A DNA stretch of 64,000 bases from Sphingomonadales bacterium UBA656. GTDB taxonomy: Bacteria > Pseudomonadota > Alphaproteobacteria > Sphingomonadales > Sphingomonadaceae. Position numbers and translations under genes: made by a program. A model generated the notes under the pieces. The model did not search any database. It was not told the origin of the DNA and saw only the letters and a program-made list of their open reading frames with translations. The stretch is taken from NCBI GenBank assembly GCA_002299895.1, contig DBOC01000008.1:112090-176089 (forward strand), given 5' to 3'. This document shows positions 30,866 to 40,910 of the stretch, one piece after another; the stretch's first letter is position 1; each line of letters opens with the position of its first letter.

Positions 30866-30929
30866 TTCAAACTCCTAACGGGGCGCACCCCGAATGTTGC
30901 GACCCCGATGTCGCATGACCTTCACCTAT

Positions 30930-31535
30930 TTAGGCGTTCTTTTCCTCAATTGCCAGTTCGGCGTCACTTTCTTCTCCGGCAAACAGCATTTCCCCCATCG
31001 CACTATCAATAGGGTCTAGCAAGCCAGCCGCTTTCAAGTCCGCAATTCCCGGCAGATCCTTGCGGCTAGTCAGTCCGAAATGCGTCAAGAAACCGGGTGT
31101 TGTAGCGTAGAGTAAGGGCCGACCCGGCACTTCACGGCGGCCGGCCGGGCGGACCCATCCTGCCTCCATCAACACATCCAGCGTGCCTTTTGAAATCTGC
31201 ACACCGCGAATGGCCTCAATCTCCGCGCGACTTACCGGTTCATGATAAGCAATGATCGCCAACGTCTCGACCGCAGCGCGGCTGAGTTTTCGGCTTTCCT
31301 CGCGTTCGCGACGCAACAAATGCGCAAGATCAGCGGCGGTTTGGAAATGCCAGGTCTTACCGCGCTGGACGAGTTCAATGCCCCGCCCTTCATAATGTTC
31401 GGCTAGCTGCGTCAGCGCTTCCACGACATCGACGCTGTCACCAACATAGCCGCGAATTTGTTCGACGGTCATTGGCTGGTCGCTAGCGAATAAGGTCGCC
31501 TCTACCGCGCGCAGATCAGGGTCAGTTTCGATCAT
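30930..31535 (-). CDS. scpB: SMC-Scp complex subunit ScpB
   Basis: VEATLFAS, LSRAAVETLAIIAYHEPVSRAEIEAIRGV, PGRPLLYATT. Confidence 0.97.
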   Translation of the reverse strand: MIETDPDLRAVEATLFASDQPMTVEQIRGYVGDSVDVVEALTQLAEHYEGRGIELVQRGKTWHFQTAADLAHLLRREREESRKLSRAAVETLAIIAYHEPVSRAEIEAIRGVQISKGTLDVLMEAGWVRPAGRREVPGRPLLYATTPGFLTHFGLTSRKDLPGIADLKAAGLLDPIDSAMGEMLFAGEESDAELAIEEKNA

Positions 31536-32326
31536 CTTGCCTTTTTCCTCACCATCAATGGCGCAAAGGTTGCGTCTTGCTGCAGATCGGCAATCCCACG
31601 TTTGGCAAGTTCCAAGGCCGCGACAAAGCTGGAGGCCAAGGCCGATTTCCGCAAGGCGGGGTCCGCCATTGGTGGCAAAAACGCATGTATTGCGGTCCAG
31701 TCAATCGCGCGGCCAATCATCGCCGACACGCGTTCCAGCGCTTCTTCCAATGTCATGACTTGGCGCTTTTTAACGATGTGCATAGCGGGCGCAGTGCGCG
31801 CGTTGATTTGGCCATAAGCGGTAATCAGCTCAAAATAATCGCATGCCCACGCCCGCGCTTTGACCACGCGCAACCCTTCAGGTGTGCCGCGCAAGAAAAC
31901 GTCGCGACCAATCCGGTCGCGCGCCATCAACCGCGCGCCGCTTTCACGCATTGCGTTCAGCCGCTCGAGCCGCATTTGCAGGCGCAAGGCAAGCTCCTCC
32001 GGCGATGGATCAATCGTCGGGTCCTTGGGCAGCAACAAGGCCGATTTAAGATAGGCCAACCACGCCGCCATCACCAGATAATCGGCGGCAAGCTCAAGCT
32101 TCAGCGCGCGCGCCTCATCAATAAACACCAGATATTGTTCGACCAAAGCAAGGATCGACAATTGACGCAAATCGACCTTTTGATTGCGGGCAAGCGCCAG
32201 CAACAAATCCAGCGGCCCTTCCCAGCCGTCAATATCGATGGTCAGAACATCGGGGCCAAATTCGGCCTTGACAGCGCTCTCGTCGTAGAGGGCCTCCTCT
32301 GCGTCAAAGAGCATAGGCTCGGTCAT
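31532..32326 (-). CDS. scpA: Segregation and condensation protein ScpA
   Basis: EGPLDLLLALAR, AADYLVMAAWLAYLKS, SFVAALELAK. Confidence 0.96.
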   Translation of the reverse strand: MTEPMLFDAEEALYDESAVKAEFGPDVLTIDIDGWEGPLDLLLALARNQKVDLRQLSILALVEQYLVFIDEARALKLELAADYLVMAAWLAYLKSALLLPKDPTIDPSPEELALRLQMRLERLNAMRESGARLMARDRIGRDVFLRGTPEGLRVVKARAWACDYFELITAYGQINARTAPAMHIVKKRQVMTLEEALERVSAMIGRAIDWTAIHAFLPPMADPALRKSALASSFVAALELAKRGIADLQQDATFAPLMVRKKAR

Positions 32327-33372
32327 GCCGCGCCGGTGGCCCCACCTGTGAGCTTCGCTTGCGTGTCGGCCAGCGCTAGCAACTGGTCACGTTTATCGAG
32401 CAGATACGACAACCGGTCGGCATCAAATGGCACAGGCGGCAGCGCCATTGCGCGATCAAGACGCGCCCGGGCAGCGGACGTAATTTCGGGCAGATTATTC
32501 GCAATCGCGAGCATTTCGTCCAAACGCCCCCAGCAATTGAGCGCAAGGTCACAACCCGCGTGTATACAGGCCAAAGCCCGGCTCGCCACATCGCCTTGCA
32601 ACGCGTTCATGTCGAGATCATCGCTCATCAACAGACCGTCGAAACCGACCTGCGCCCGAATAATCCTATCAATCACAAAGCGCGACATGGTTGCCGTATG
32701 CACATTGTCCCAAACATCGTAGACAACATGGCCTGTCATGCCCATCGCAGCATTGTTAAGCGCGCGGAAGGGCGCCAGATCTTGTTCTAACTCGGCTGCA
32801 CTTGCGGTCACATGGGGTAAGTCGTGATGGGTGTCGACCGTCGCGCGCCCCTGCCCCGGCATATGTTTGACGACACCGATGACGCCCCCCAAGGCAAGAC
32901 CATCAAGAATAGCACGGCCCAACGCAGCCACGCGCATCGGGTCGCTGCCCAAAGCGCGATCGCCAATGGCGGAATGCGTATCGGGCACGCGGACATCAAG
33001 TACGGGCAAGCAATCGACATTGATACCGACTTCAGTCAGTGAGAGCGCAATAGCCTCCGCATTGCAGCGCGCCGCCTCAATCGCGGTGATAGGGGCAATG
33101 TCATATAGCGCGTCAAACGCACCGCCAGCGGGAAAATCAGGCCAGACCGGCGGACGCATCCGCGCGACACGGCCGCCCTCTTGATCAATCAGGATGGGCA
33201 CATTGTCGCGGCCGTGCAGCGTCCGCAGACTGTCGGTCAGCGCACGCACCTGCGCGCGATCTTCGATATTGCGCTTGAACAGGATATAGCCTGCTGGCTC
33301 GACATCGCGAAACAGGCGTTTTTCGTCATGTGTCAGGGTCAGGCCCGATAGGCCAAAAATTACCGGCTTCAT
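32323..33372 (-). CDS. nagZ: Beta-N-acetylhexosaminidase (GH3)
   Basis: IDQEGGRVAR, VKHMPGQG, GLLMSDDLDM. Start at MKPVIFG. Confidence 0.95.
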   Translation of the reverse strand: MKPVIFGLSGLTLTHDEKRLFRDVEPAGYILFKRNIEDRAQVRALTDSLRTLHGRDNVPILIDQEGGRVARMRPPVWPDFPAGGAFDALYDIAPITAIEAARCNAEAIALSLTEVGINVDCLPVLDVRVPDTHSAIGDRALGSDPMRVAALGRAILDGLALGGVIGVVKHMPGQGRATVDTHHDLPHVTASAAELEQDLAPFRALNNAAMGMTGHVVYDVWDNVHTATMSRFVIDRIIRAQVGFDGLLMSDDLDMNALQGDVASRALACIHAGCDLALNCWGRLDEMLAIANNLPEITSAARARLDRAMALPPVPFDADRLSYLLDKRDQLLALADTQAKLTGGATGAA

Positions 33373-33447
33373 GCGAAGAACGCTAAGCCCGCCGCCGGCC
33401 CAAGGCAAGCATGGAACGGCGAGAAGTGGCGCTTAAGCTGTGTATAA

Positions 33448-33954
33448 TTACCGGATAGCGCCCAAGAAATCGAGCTTACCCACGGGCACGCCCTTCATCC
33501 GTAACAGGGCATAGGCCATGCTAAGATGGAAAAAGAAATTAGGGATGGCAAAGCCGTGTACATAAACACTGCCAGTGAACGGAATGTCGCCGCTGGGGGT
33601 GGTCAGCACGACCTTTGCATCTTCGCGGGCTTCAAAACCTTCCGGCGAAGCGGCTTCCAGAAAGGATATCGCCTTGGTCACACGGGCTTGCACATCGTCA
33701 TAGCTGGCTTCATCGTCGGCCCAAGGCTGATTTTCCACCTGCCCAACGCGGACCGCGACAAACTTGGCTGTGTCGGTCGTCATTTGCACCTGTTTCGTCA
33801 GCGACGCCATGTCTTCAATCAGCCGCGCATCCAGCAATTCAGTCAAATCCATGCCCTGTTCAGCGGCATAAGCCTTACCCTTTTCGAGCATGTTCGACAG
33901 GTTTTTCAAACCGCGGATGAAGCTAGGAATGGAGACATCGTATAAAGCAGGCAT
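33448..33954 (-). CDS. DUF1993 family (DinB-like) protein
   Basis: LLDARLIEDMASLTKQVQ, PNFFFHLSMAYALLRMKGVPVGKLDFLG. Confidence 0.88.
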   Translation of the reverse strand: MPALYDVSIPSFIRGLKNLSNMLEKGKAYAAEQGMDLTELLDARLIEDMASLTKQVQMTTDTAKFVAVRVGQVENQPWADDEASYDDVQARVTKAISFLEAASPEGFEAREDAKVVLTTPSGDIPFTGSVYVHGFAIPNFFFHLSMAYALLRMKGVPVGKLDFLGAIR

Positions 33955-34092
33955 ATAGTTTTCCTCGGGACGTTGGGCGCTGCTTAAGTTGCAATGCGCA
34001 GCCCATCAACATGAAAAAGGGGACTGCAGTGTGCAGGTCGTCCAACCGCTTCCCGTCACCCCACTTCTTCCCGTCATCCTAACGCCTTACAT

Positions 34093-34181
34093 CGTCACCC
34101 TGAACTTGTTTCAGGGTCCATTTCGCCGCGCATGCACTGGGTTTTCTGCACAATGGATGCTGAAACAAGTTCAGCATTACG
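34093..34181. repeat. CGTC-tagged double-hairpin repeat, copy 2
   Basis: CGTCACCCTGAACTTGTTTCAGGGTCCAT - 31 nt - ATGGATGCTGAAACAAGTTCAGCATTACG. Confidence 0.9.
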
Positions 34182-34209
34182 AGCGAGAATGTGCGTTCGC
34201 GCGAGAAAT

Positions 34210-34872
34210 CTACCGCAATATCAAACAATTCTCACCAGCGACCTTCAATTTTGCACAGAGTTGCTGGGCTTCGGTCGAATTGGCCGTTACGGCTTGCAGG
34301 CGGAAAACAGTGCGCCCGCCCTCGACATTGGATTGGGTAATCTTACGGTTGATGCCCGCTAAAAAACCAAAGCGCTTGGTTAGACCGGTCCACGCCGCTT
34401 CGGCCTTGGCGGAATCGCCAAATGCGCCAAGCTGCACCAAAGCACCATTTGCAGCTACGGTATTGGTTACAATAACGGGCGCTGGTTGCGCCACCACAGC
34501 CTGAGGGGCTTCCATAGGTCCAGCGGACGGAGCCACCAGCACAGCCCCCGTTTTCTGCCCCTCGCTGGCGGCAAAAGCAGAATCGCCTTCGCCTTCGAAG
34601 GTTTTTCCACCTGCATCCAGAGGTTTTTCTTTGTAATTACCCTTGGGCGCGACGATCAGTTCGCCCGTCCCGTTTGCGCCGCTCTTCTGGCTGGGCTGAA
34701 GCCAATAAACGCCTCCGACAATTGCCAAGAGCAAAAATGAGCCTGCAACGGCCCATAAGGCGACACGCATGCGCGATCCGCTATCTTCAACGACATTACT
34801 ACCATCAGCGGTCTCAAGCCACGGCAGACGATTATTGTCGTCGAAATTCAGTCCATCATTATTGCGGTCCAT
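34210..34872 (-). CDS. SPOR-domain bitopic protein (FtsN-like by synteny)
   Basis: RLPWLE motif, TM, linker, SPOR (VQLGAF...FRLQ...LCAKLKVAGENC); immediately downstream of argS, where alphaproteobacterial FtsN-like genes are usually found. Confidence 0.85.
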   Translation of the reverse strand: MDRNNDGLNFDDNNRLPWLETADGSNVVEDSGSRMRVALWAVAGSFLLLAIVGGVYWLQPSQKSGANGTGELIVAPKGNYKEKPLDAGGKTFEGEGDSAFAASEGQKTGAVLVAPSAGPMEAPQAVVAQPAPVIVTNTVAANGALVQLGAFGDSAKAEAAWTGLTKRFGFLAGINRKITQSNVEGGRTVFRLQAVTANSTEAQQLCAKLKVAGENCLILR

Positions 34873-34891
34873 TACGTCACGTCCCCAATCA

Positions 34892-36613
34892 CTACATATT
34901 GTAGGCGGCTTCGACCCCCATCAGCCGCAATCCATTGCGCAGGACTTGCCCGATATTGTGCGCCATGAAAAGTCTTGCGCCCGTCAGTTCCGGATTTGGC
35001 GATAATATAAAACGCTTGTCAGGTTGGTCATTGCCCAAGTTCCAATAAGCGTGGAATGCAGCAGCCAAATCATTCAGATAAAAAGCAATTCTATGTGGCT
35101 CACCTGATTTTGCGGCAGCCTCCACGATACGCGGGAAATTTGCAGCTTCGCGGATAAGGCCGATCTCCGCATCACCCAGCATCGCAATATGCGCGCCATC
35201 GGGGCCAAGCCCTTCGAGTTCCGCCTTGCGCATAGTCGATGATATCCGCGCATGGGCATATTGCACATAAAATACCGGATTGTCCTTCGACGCTTCCACC
35301 ACCTTGGCAAAGTCAAAATCCATTTGCGCATCGGCTTTGCGTGTCAGCATTGTGAAGCGAACGACGTCCTTGCCAACTTCTTCAATAACCTCGGCCAAGG
35401 TTACAAAACTGCCTGACCTTTTCGACATTTTGACGGGTTCGCCGCCGCGCAACAGGCGCACCATTTGCACCAGTTTAACATCGAAATCGACCTTACCACC
35501 AGTCAGCGCATTGACCGCCGCCTTGATCCGTTTGACCGTACCGGCATGGTCCGCACCCCAAATGTCGATCATCGCATCGACGCCTTGGCTTTTCTGGAAA
35601 TGATAAGCGAGATCTGCCCCGAAATAGGTCCAACTGCCATTGGATTTCTTAATGGGCCGGTCCTGATCATCGCCAAATTGCGTGGAGCGGAACAAGGGGA
35701 GCGTCACAGGCTCCCAATCTTCGATTTCCTTACCCTTAGGCTTTTCCAACTCACCATCATAGACAAGACCGCGCGCGCGCAGTTCCTTCTCCGCGACATC
35801 GGCTTTGCCCGCTTCATGCAGTTCCGCCTCGGACGAAAATAGGTCGTGGTGAATGCCCAATAAGGCCAAGTCCGCCTTAATCATCTCCATCATTTCGGCA
35901 ACGGCGGCCTTACGGAATATAGCCAGCCATTCGCTTTCAGGTGCGGCGACATATTGATCACCAAAACGCTTTGCCAGCTGCTGGCCAACGGGGATCAAAT
36001 AATCGCCGGGATACAAGCCTTCGGCGATTTCGATCGTTTCGCCCAGTGCCTCACGATAGCGCAAATGCGCGGAGCGCGCGAGGACGTCGACTTGGCCGCC
36101 TGCGTCATTGATATAATATTCGCGGATCACCCGGTAACCGGCAAATTCTAGCAATTTCGCCAAAGCATCACCGACGACAGCGCCGCGGCAATGGCCCATA
36201 TGCATGGGGCCAGTCGGGTTGGCGGAGACATATTCGACATTTACCGACTTGCCATCACCCAGATGCGAGCGGCCATAATCATCGCCAGATACAGCGATTG
36301 CGCGTAATTCATCAAGCCATGCCGAAGCATCCAGCCGAAGGTTAAGGAACCCCGGACCAGCAATTTCAACCGCGACAACAGCAGCGACCTTCGCCAGCTC
36401 AACCGACAACGCTTCTGCCAAGGTGCGCGGGTTGGTTCCGGCGGGTTTCGCCAGCACCATCGCCGCATTGGTGGAGATATCACCATGGCTCGCATCGCGC
36501 GGCGGCTCGACCGTGACATTGCTGCGGTCTAAATCTGCCGGCAAGGTTCCGTGCGCCACAAGTGCGTCCAACGCATGATCGACATGCGCTGCATATTGTT
36601 CAAAAAGGGTCAT
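34892..36613 (-). CDS. argS: Arginine--tRNA ligase
   Basis: EYVSANPTGPMHMGH, YYINDAGGQ, WGADH, KMSKRSG. Confidence 0.99.
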   Translation of the reverse strand: MTLFEQYAAHVDHALDALVAHGTLPADLDRSNVTVEPPRDASHGDISTNAAMVLAKPAGTNPRTLAEALSVELAKVAAVVAVEIAGPGFLNLRLDASAWLDELRAIAVSGDDYGRSHLGDGKSVNVEYVSANPTGPMHMGHCRGAVVGDALAKLLEFAGYRVIREYYINDAGGQVDVLARSAHLRYREALGETIEIAEGLYPGDYLIPVGQQLAKRFGDQYVAAPESEWLAIFRKAAVAEMMEMIKADLALLGIHHDLFSSEAELHEAGKADVAEKELRARGLVYDGELEKPKGKEIEDWEPVTLPLFRSTQFGDDQDRPIKKSNGSWTYFGADLAYHFQKSQGVDAMIDIWGADHAGTVKRIKAAVNALTGGKVDFDVKLVQMVRLLRGGEPVKMSKRSGSFVTLAEVIEEVGKDVVRFTMLTRKADAQMDFDFAKVVEASKDNPVFYVQYAHARISSTMRKAELEGLGPDGAHIAMLGDAEIGLIREAANFPRIVEAAAKSGEPHRIAFYLNDLAAAFHAYWNLGNDQPDKRFILSPNPELTGARLFMAHNIGQVLRNGLRLMGVEAAYNM

Positions 36614-36638
36614 GCCTGTGCCTTGAAATTAACGCGGA

Positions 36639-37289
36639 TCAACGCGTGACATTGTAACGCAGCTGATCTTCGGTCAGCTGAAAACCGATGAGCATTTCAA
36701 AACTCGATCGGACTACCGCTGCACGCACTTCGGGATCAGCCATGGGATCAAGCGCCGCATCGGGGTCACCGGGCTTACGCTTTTTGGTGATTTTCTGCAC
36801 AATTTCAGTGGGCAAGCTCGCCGCATTTTTGTCAATATAGCCAGCCGCTTTGGCCTGCGCAGATGCGCGTTGCTGACCATCGGCGAATTGCAACGTCACT
36901 TGGCCAATCCGCTTGGCAATGACGGCGCTGCCGCCTTGAACCACTGTGTTGAAATAAGGCACTATGATCGTTCGCGAACCGCGCGCATCGCTGCGACGCG
37001 CTTGGACATCAAAAGTTGCCTGCGAAAAGATCTTATCGCCGCTTTCGTTACACGTCGGGCGAATATTGGTGATCGTCGCAACCATGTCGATAGCCTCGGC
37101 GTCCGTGCTGTTCACTGGGTTGAAAATAGTGATGTCCCCCGTGCCATCGGGCACCGCAACCGTCGGGCAACCGGAACGTGTGACGTTCACGCCAACGCCA
37201 GCGGCGACATCCAGATCGCCGTCACGTGAGCAACCGGCCAAAGTAGCTGCAGCAATACCGATAGTCAGGGCTTTGGCGGCGAAGTTCAT
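36639..37289 (-). CDS. Conserved hypothetical lipoprotein
   Basis: Lipobox LAGC; two further Cys (SGCP, RPTC); co-oriented upstream of argS. Confidence 0.8.
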   Translation of the reverse strand: MNFAAKALTIGIAAATLAGCSRDGDLDVAAGVGVNVTRSGCPTVAVPDGTGDITIFNPVNSTDAEAIDMVATITNIRPTCNESGDKIFSQATFDVQARRSDARGSRTIIVPYFNTVVQGGSAVIAKRIGQVTLQFADGQQRASAQAKAAGYIDKNAASLPTEIVQKITKKRKPGDPDAALDPMADPEVRAAVVRSSFEMLIGFQLTEDQLRYNVTR

Positions 37290-37425
37290 AAAGGGTAATC
37301 CTCGGGTTTCTTAAACTTGGGTCGCGGGTGCGAAACGAGATTTGGTCCTTATCCCCCCATTGCGGCCCGCGCAACAGGGGAAAGGTCTTGGCGTATGCAG
37401 CGACTTTAACTAAAGAACATGGCGC

Positions 37426-38391
37426 ATGACTGAACAACCAACTTCCAAAAAATCGATCCGGCTGCTTTTGGCCGCGCCACGTGGTTTTTGCGCTGGCGTT
37501 GACCGCGCTATCCAGATTGTCGAGCTTGCGCTCGAACAAAAAGGCGCGCCGGTCTATGTTCGCCACGAAATCGTCCATAACCGTTATGTGGTCGACAGCT
37601 TGAAAGCCAAAGGCGCGGTTTTTGTCGAAGAGCTCGACGAAGTGCCCGATGGTGGCCATGTCGTATTTTCGGCGCATGGTGTACCCAAATCGGTCCCCGC
37701 CAACGCGCAACAACGCGGGCTGGCTTATTTCGACGCGACCTGTCCCTTAGTTTCAAAAGTACACAAGCAAGCGGAACGACAAGTTGAGGCCGGCCGGCAT
37801 ATTATTTTCATCGGCCATGAAGGACATCCCGAAGTCATCGGCACCTTTGGCCAAGTGCCCGCAGGCTCAATGACTTTGGTCGAAACCGCCGAAGATGCCC
37901 AGGCAATTGTGCCCGCCGACGCGAACAATCTCGCTTTTCTCACGCAGACAACATTGTCGGTGGATGACACATCGGAAATTGTTGGCATCCTTCAACAGCG
38001 CTTCCCCAATATTGTCGGGCCAAAGGGTGAGGATATTTGTTACGCCACGTCGAACCGTCAGGAATCGGTAAAGGCGATTGCACATGAATGTGATCTTGTG
38101 CTCGTCATTGGCGCGCCGAATAGCTCCAATTCGCAGCGTCTGGTTGAGGTTGCTGCGCGTTCAGGTGCAAAAGCGTATCTGGTGCAACGTGCCGAAGATA
38201 TCAGCCTCAATTGGTTTGATGATGTCCATACGCTTGGCCTGACGGCTGGCGCATCGGCGCCTGAAGTTTTGGTGCGCGAGATTATCGACGCACTCGCATT
38301 GCATTTCGACTTGGATGAGCAACAGGTGACCACCGCTGAGGAGAAGGTCACGTTCAAGCTACCACGCGAACTGGCTGGCGCGGCGATCTGA
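37426..38391 (+). CDS. ispH: 4-hydroxy-3-methylbut-2-enyl diphosphate reductase
   Basis: [47 protein letters not shown]. Confidence 0.99.
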   Translation: MTEQPTSKKSIRLLLAAPRGFCAGVDRAIQIVELALEQKGAPVYVRHEIVHNRYVVDSLKAKGAVFVEELDEVPDGGHVVFSAHGVPKSVPANAQQRGLAYFDATCPLVSKVHKQAERQVEAGRHIIFIGHEGHPEVIGTFGQVPAGSMTLVETAEDAQAIVPADANNLAFLTQTTLSVDDTSEIVGILQQRFPNIVGPKGEDICYATSNRQESVKAIAHECDLVLVIGAPNSSNSQRLVEVAARSGAKAYLVQRAEDISLNWFDDVHTLGLTAGASAPEVLVREIIDALALHFDLDEQQVTTAEEKVTFKLPRELAGAAI

Positions 38392-38392
38392 T

Positions 38393-39367
38393 TTGGCGGT
38401 TTATACGCAGTTAGGGCCGCAGCAGGTTGATGCATTGCTGGCACATTATGATGTCGGCAAACTTGTCGCGTTAAAAGGCATTGCAGAGGGCGTCGAAAAC
38501 AGCAATTTCTTCGTGCAAACGACGCAAAGCCGCTTCATCCTGACTTTATATGAAAACCGCGTAAATCCAGATGATTTGCCGTTTTTCTATGCTCTGTTAA
38601 AGCATTTGCACGATGCAGGTTGCAAAGTGCCGCAGTTTATCACCGATCGTGATGGCCAATGGTTGCAAACGGTCGTGGGACGCCCGGCTTGCTTGATTGA
38701 ATTTCTCGATGGCGTGTCAGTAACAGAGCCGACGGCGGTACAGGCTTATTCTACCGGCGCGGCTTTGGGACATATGCATAAGGCGCTTGCCAATTTCACT
38801 TTGGCCCGGCCCAATAGCCTGGGCATTTCCGCATGGCGTCCTTTGGCGCTGCGTTGCACGGCGGACGGCCTTGAGTCCATCGCGGCCGGTCTGTCAGAAC
38901 GCGTATTTGCCGAATGCGATTATCTGGAAGCGCATTGGCCAAGCAATTTGCCAGTTGCGGCAATTCATGCCGATCTATTTCCAGACAATGTCCTAATGCT
39001 GGGCGACCATGTCGGCGGCCTTATCGACTTTTACTTTGCGTGCACGGAAATCCGCGCATATGATTTGGCGGTAACACACAGCGCATGGTGCTTTTCCAAT
39101 GATGGCACAGTGTTTGATACCGATGTGAGCGCAGGCTTGTTGGCGGGCTACACCGATAAGATGCCATTGAACGCGGCAACACAGGCCGCTTTGCCCATAT
39201 TGCTGCGCGGGGCATGTCTGCGGTTCCTGCTCACGCGTTGCTATGACTGGATTAATACGCCCGCCAATGCGCTTGTGACGCGCAAAGACCCTTTGGCTTT
39301 CCTGCGTCGGCTGGATTTCTACAGCGACCCTTCAGAGGTTGAAAATCTATTCAGGCAACAGGCATGA
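38393..39367 (+). CDS. thrB: Homoserine kinase (type II, APH-like); TTG start
   Basis: [42 protein letters not shown]. Confidence 0.95.
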   Translation: MAVYTQLGPQQVDALLAHYDVGKLVALKGIAEGVENSNFFVQTTQSRFILTLYENRVNPDDLPFFYALLKHLHDAGCKVPQFITDRDGQWLQTVVGRPACLIEFLDGVSVTEPTAVQAYSTGAALGHMHKALANFTLARPNSLGISAWRPLALRCTADGLESIAAGLSERVFAECDYLEAHWPSNLPVAAIHADLFPDNVLMLGDHVGGLIDFYFACTEIRAYDLAVTHSAWCFSNDGTVFDTDVSAGLLAGYTDKMPLNAATQAALPILLRGACLRFLLTRCYDWINTPANALVTRKDPLAFLRRLDFYSDPSEVENLFRQQA

Positions 39368-39804
39368 AACAGCTTGAGATTTTCACCGATGGCGCGTGCA
39401 AGGGGAATCCCGGGCCTGGCGGATGGGGTGCAGTGATCCGTTATGGCAAGCATGAGAAGGAAATTTCGGGTGGCGATCCCGACACCACTAACAACCGGAT
39501 GGAGCTTTCCGCCGCAATACAAGCGCTCAAAATCCTGACTGAGCCGTGCCATGTCAAATTGCACACCGACAGCAAATATGTCCTCGATGGTATTACGAAG
39601 TGGGTTCATGGCTGGCAACGCAATGGATGGAAAAACGCTTCAAAACAGCCGGTTCGCAACGCCGATTTATGGCATGACTTGATCGATGCCGCCGCCCGCC
39701 ATGATATCGAATGGATTTGGGTGAAGGGCCATAATGGCCATCCTGAAAACGAACGCGCCGACCGGCTGGCAAGTGATGCAGCGGAGGCTGCGGCGCAGCG
39801 TTAA
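39364..39804 (+). CDS. rnhA: Ribonuclease HI
   Basis: [39 protein letters not shown]. Confidence 0.99.
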   Translation: MKQLEIFTDGACKGNPGPGGWGAVIRYGKHEKEISGGDPDTTNNRMELSAAIQALKILTEPCHVKLHTDSKYVLDGITKWVHGWQRNGWKNASKQPVRNADLWHDLIDAAARHDIEWIWVKGHNGHPENERADRLASDAAEAAAQR

Positions 39805-40910
39805 CGAAAGCGCGCAGGCGTATAGACAGTTGCGTCAACTTTGGGCGGCGCGGCGATAGTTTCATCCAACAAAGACCCAGCAAGCTGTGCGGCGGCAGGC
39901 GCCGTCTGGATACCAAAGCCACCCTGCCCTGCGAACCAGAAGAATGCATCATTTGCCGTATCGCGGCCAATGACGGGAAGGCGATCTGGCGCGAAGCTGC
40001 GAAGCCCAGCCCATTTATGCTCAACACGCAGAATGTCCCAATCCACCACCGTCTGCAAGCGATCAATGGCGGTGGCGACGTCCCATTCCTCTGGCGCAGC
40101 GTCGCAGGCTGGGGTTGGGGTTTCGTCATGCGGGCTAAGCCATAAACGGCCACCTGCATCGGGTTTGAAATAGAAGCTGCCGTCCAACCCAATGACCAAG
40201 GGCAAGTCCGCCGGAACGTTTGGCGACACGATCAATTGTGCGATGGTGCGACGATAGGGTTGGATACCCAAGGGCCGAACCTGCGCCAACTGCGCCACAT
40301 CATCGGCCCATGCCCCCGCCGCGTTAATGAGGATTTTTGCGGAACAATTCAGGCTGCCTGCCGCGATCTGCCATGTGCCATTTTGCCAGTTGGCGGCGTT
40401 CAGGCGGCTGTTACATTGTAACACCGCACCCTGTCGTTTGGCTTGGCGCAAATAGGCGGTGTGCAAATTCGCAACGTCAATGTCACAACAATCCGGTTCC
40501 CAAAGACCATGTGTCCAATCGCTCCGTAGCCCGGGCACACGCGCCGCCACAGCGGCACGATCACTGACGTCAATTTGTACGCCACTGGCGGCAAATTCCG
40601 CGAGCATTTTATCGGCCATCGGCGTCTGATCCAATGTACCGATATGCAGCGCGCCGCGCTTGTGCATCAATGGACCATCATGGAAATCGGCAGGCGGCGC
40701 TGTCAAAAATGGTCCTGACGCGGTGGTGAGCGGTTGAACCTCTGGTCCGCCATAGCATTCGACCCAAAAAGCCGCCGAACGCCCCGTCGAATGATAACCC
40801 GGATGTGCCTCTGCCTCAATTAACACCACAGATGCCCGCGCGGACAATTGCGCCGCAAGGCTTGCGCCCGCAATGCCGGCGCCGATAATGGCAAATTCAA
40901 AATCGCTCAT
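39801..40910 (-). CDS. FAD-dependent oxidoreductase (DAO family)
   Basis: [49 protein letters not shown]. Its stop overlaps the rnhA stop in a TTAA. Confidence 0.92.
   Translation of the reverse strand: MSDFEFAIIGAGIAGASLAAQLSARASVVLIEAEAHPGYHSTGRSAAFWVECYGGPEVQPLTTASGPFLTAPPADFHDGPLMHKRGALHIGTLDQTPMADKMLAEFAASGVQIDVSDRAAVAARVPGLRSDWTHGLWEPDCCDIDVANLHTAYLRQAKRQGAVLQCNSRLNAANWQNGTWQIAAGSLNCSAKILINAAGAWADDVAQLAQVRPLGIQPYRRTIAQLIVSPNVPADLPLVIGLDGSFYFKPDAGGRLWLSPHDETPTPACDAAPEEWDVATAIDRLQTVVDWDILRVEHKWAGLRSFAPDRLPVIGRDTANDAFFWFAGQGGFGIQTAPAAAQLAGSLLDETIAAPPKVDATVYTPARFR

Noticed and set aside
33989-34504. 171-aa plus-strand ORF containing VTLNLFQG
   Set aside because: That peptide is just the translation of the CGTC repeat arm (also seen in ORF 49556-49828); the rest is antisense to the SPOR gene.
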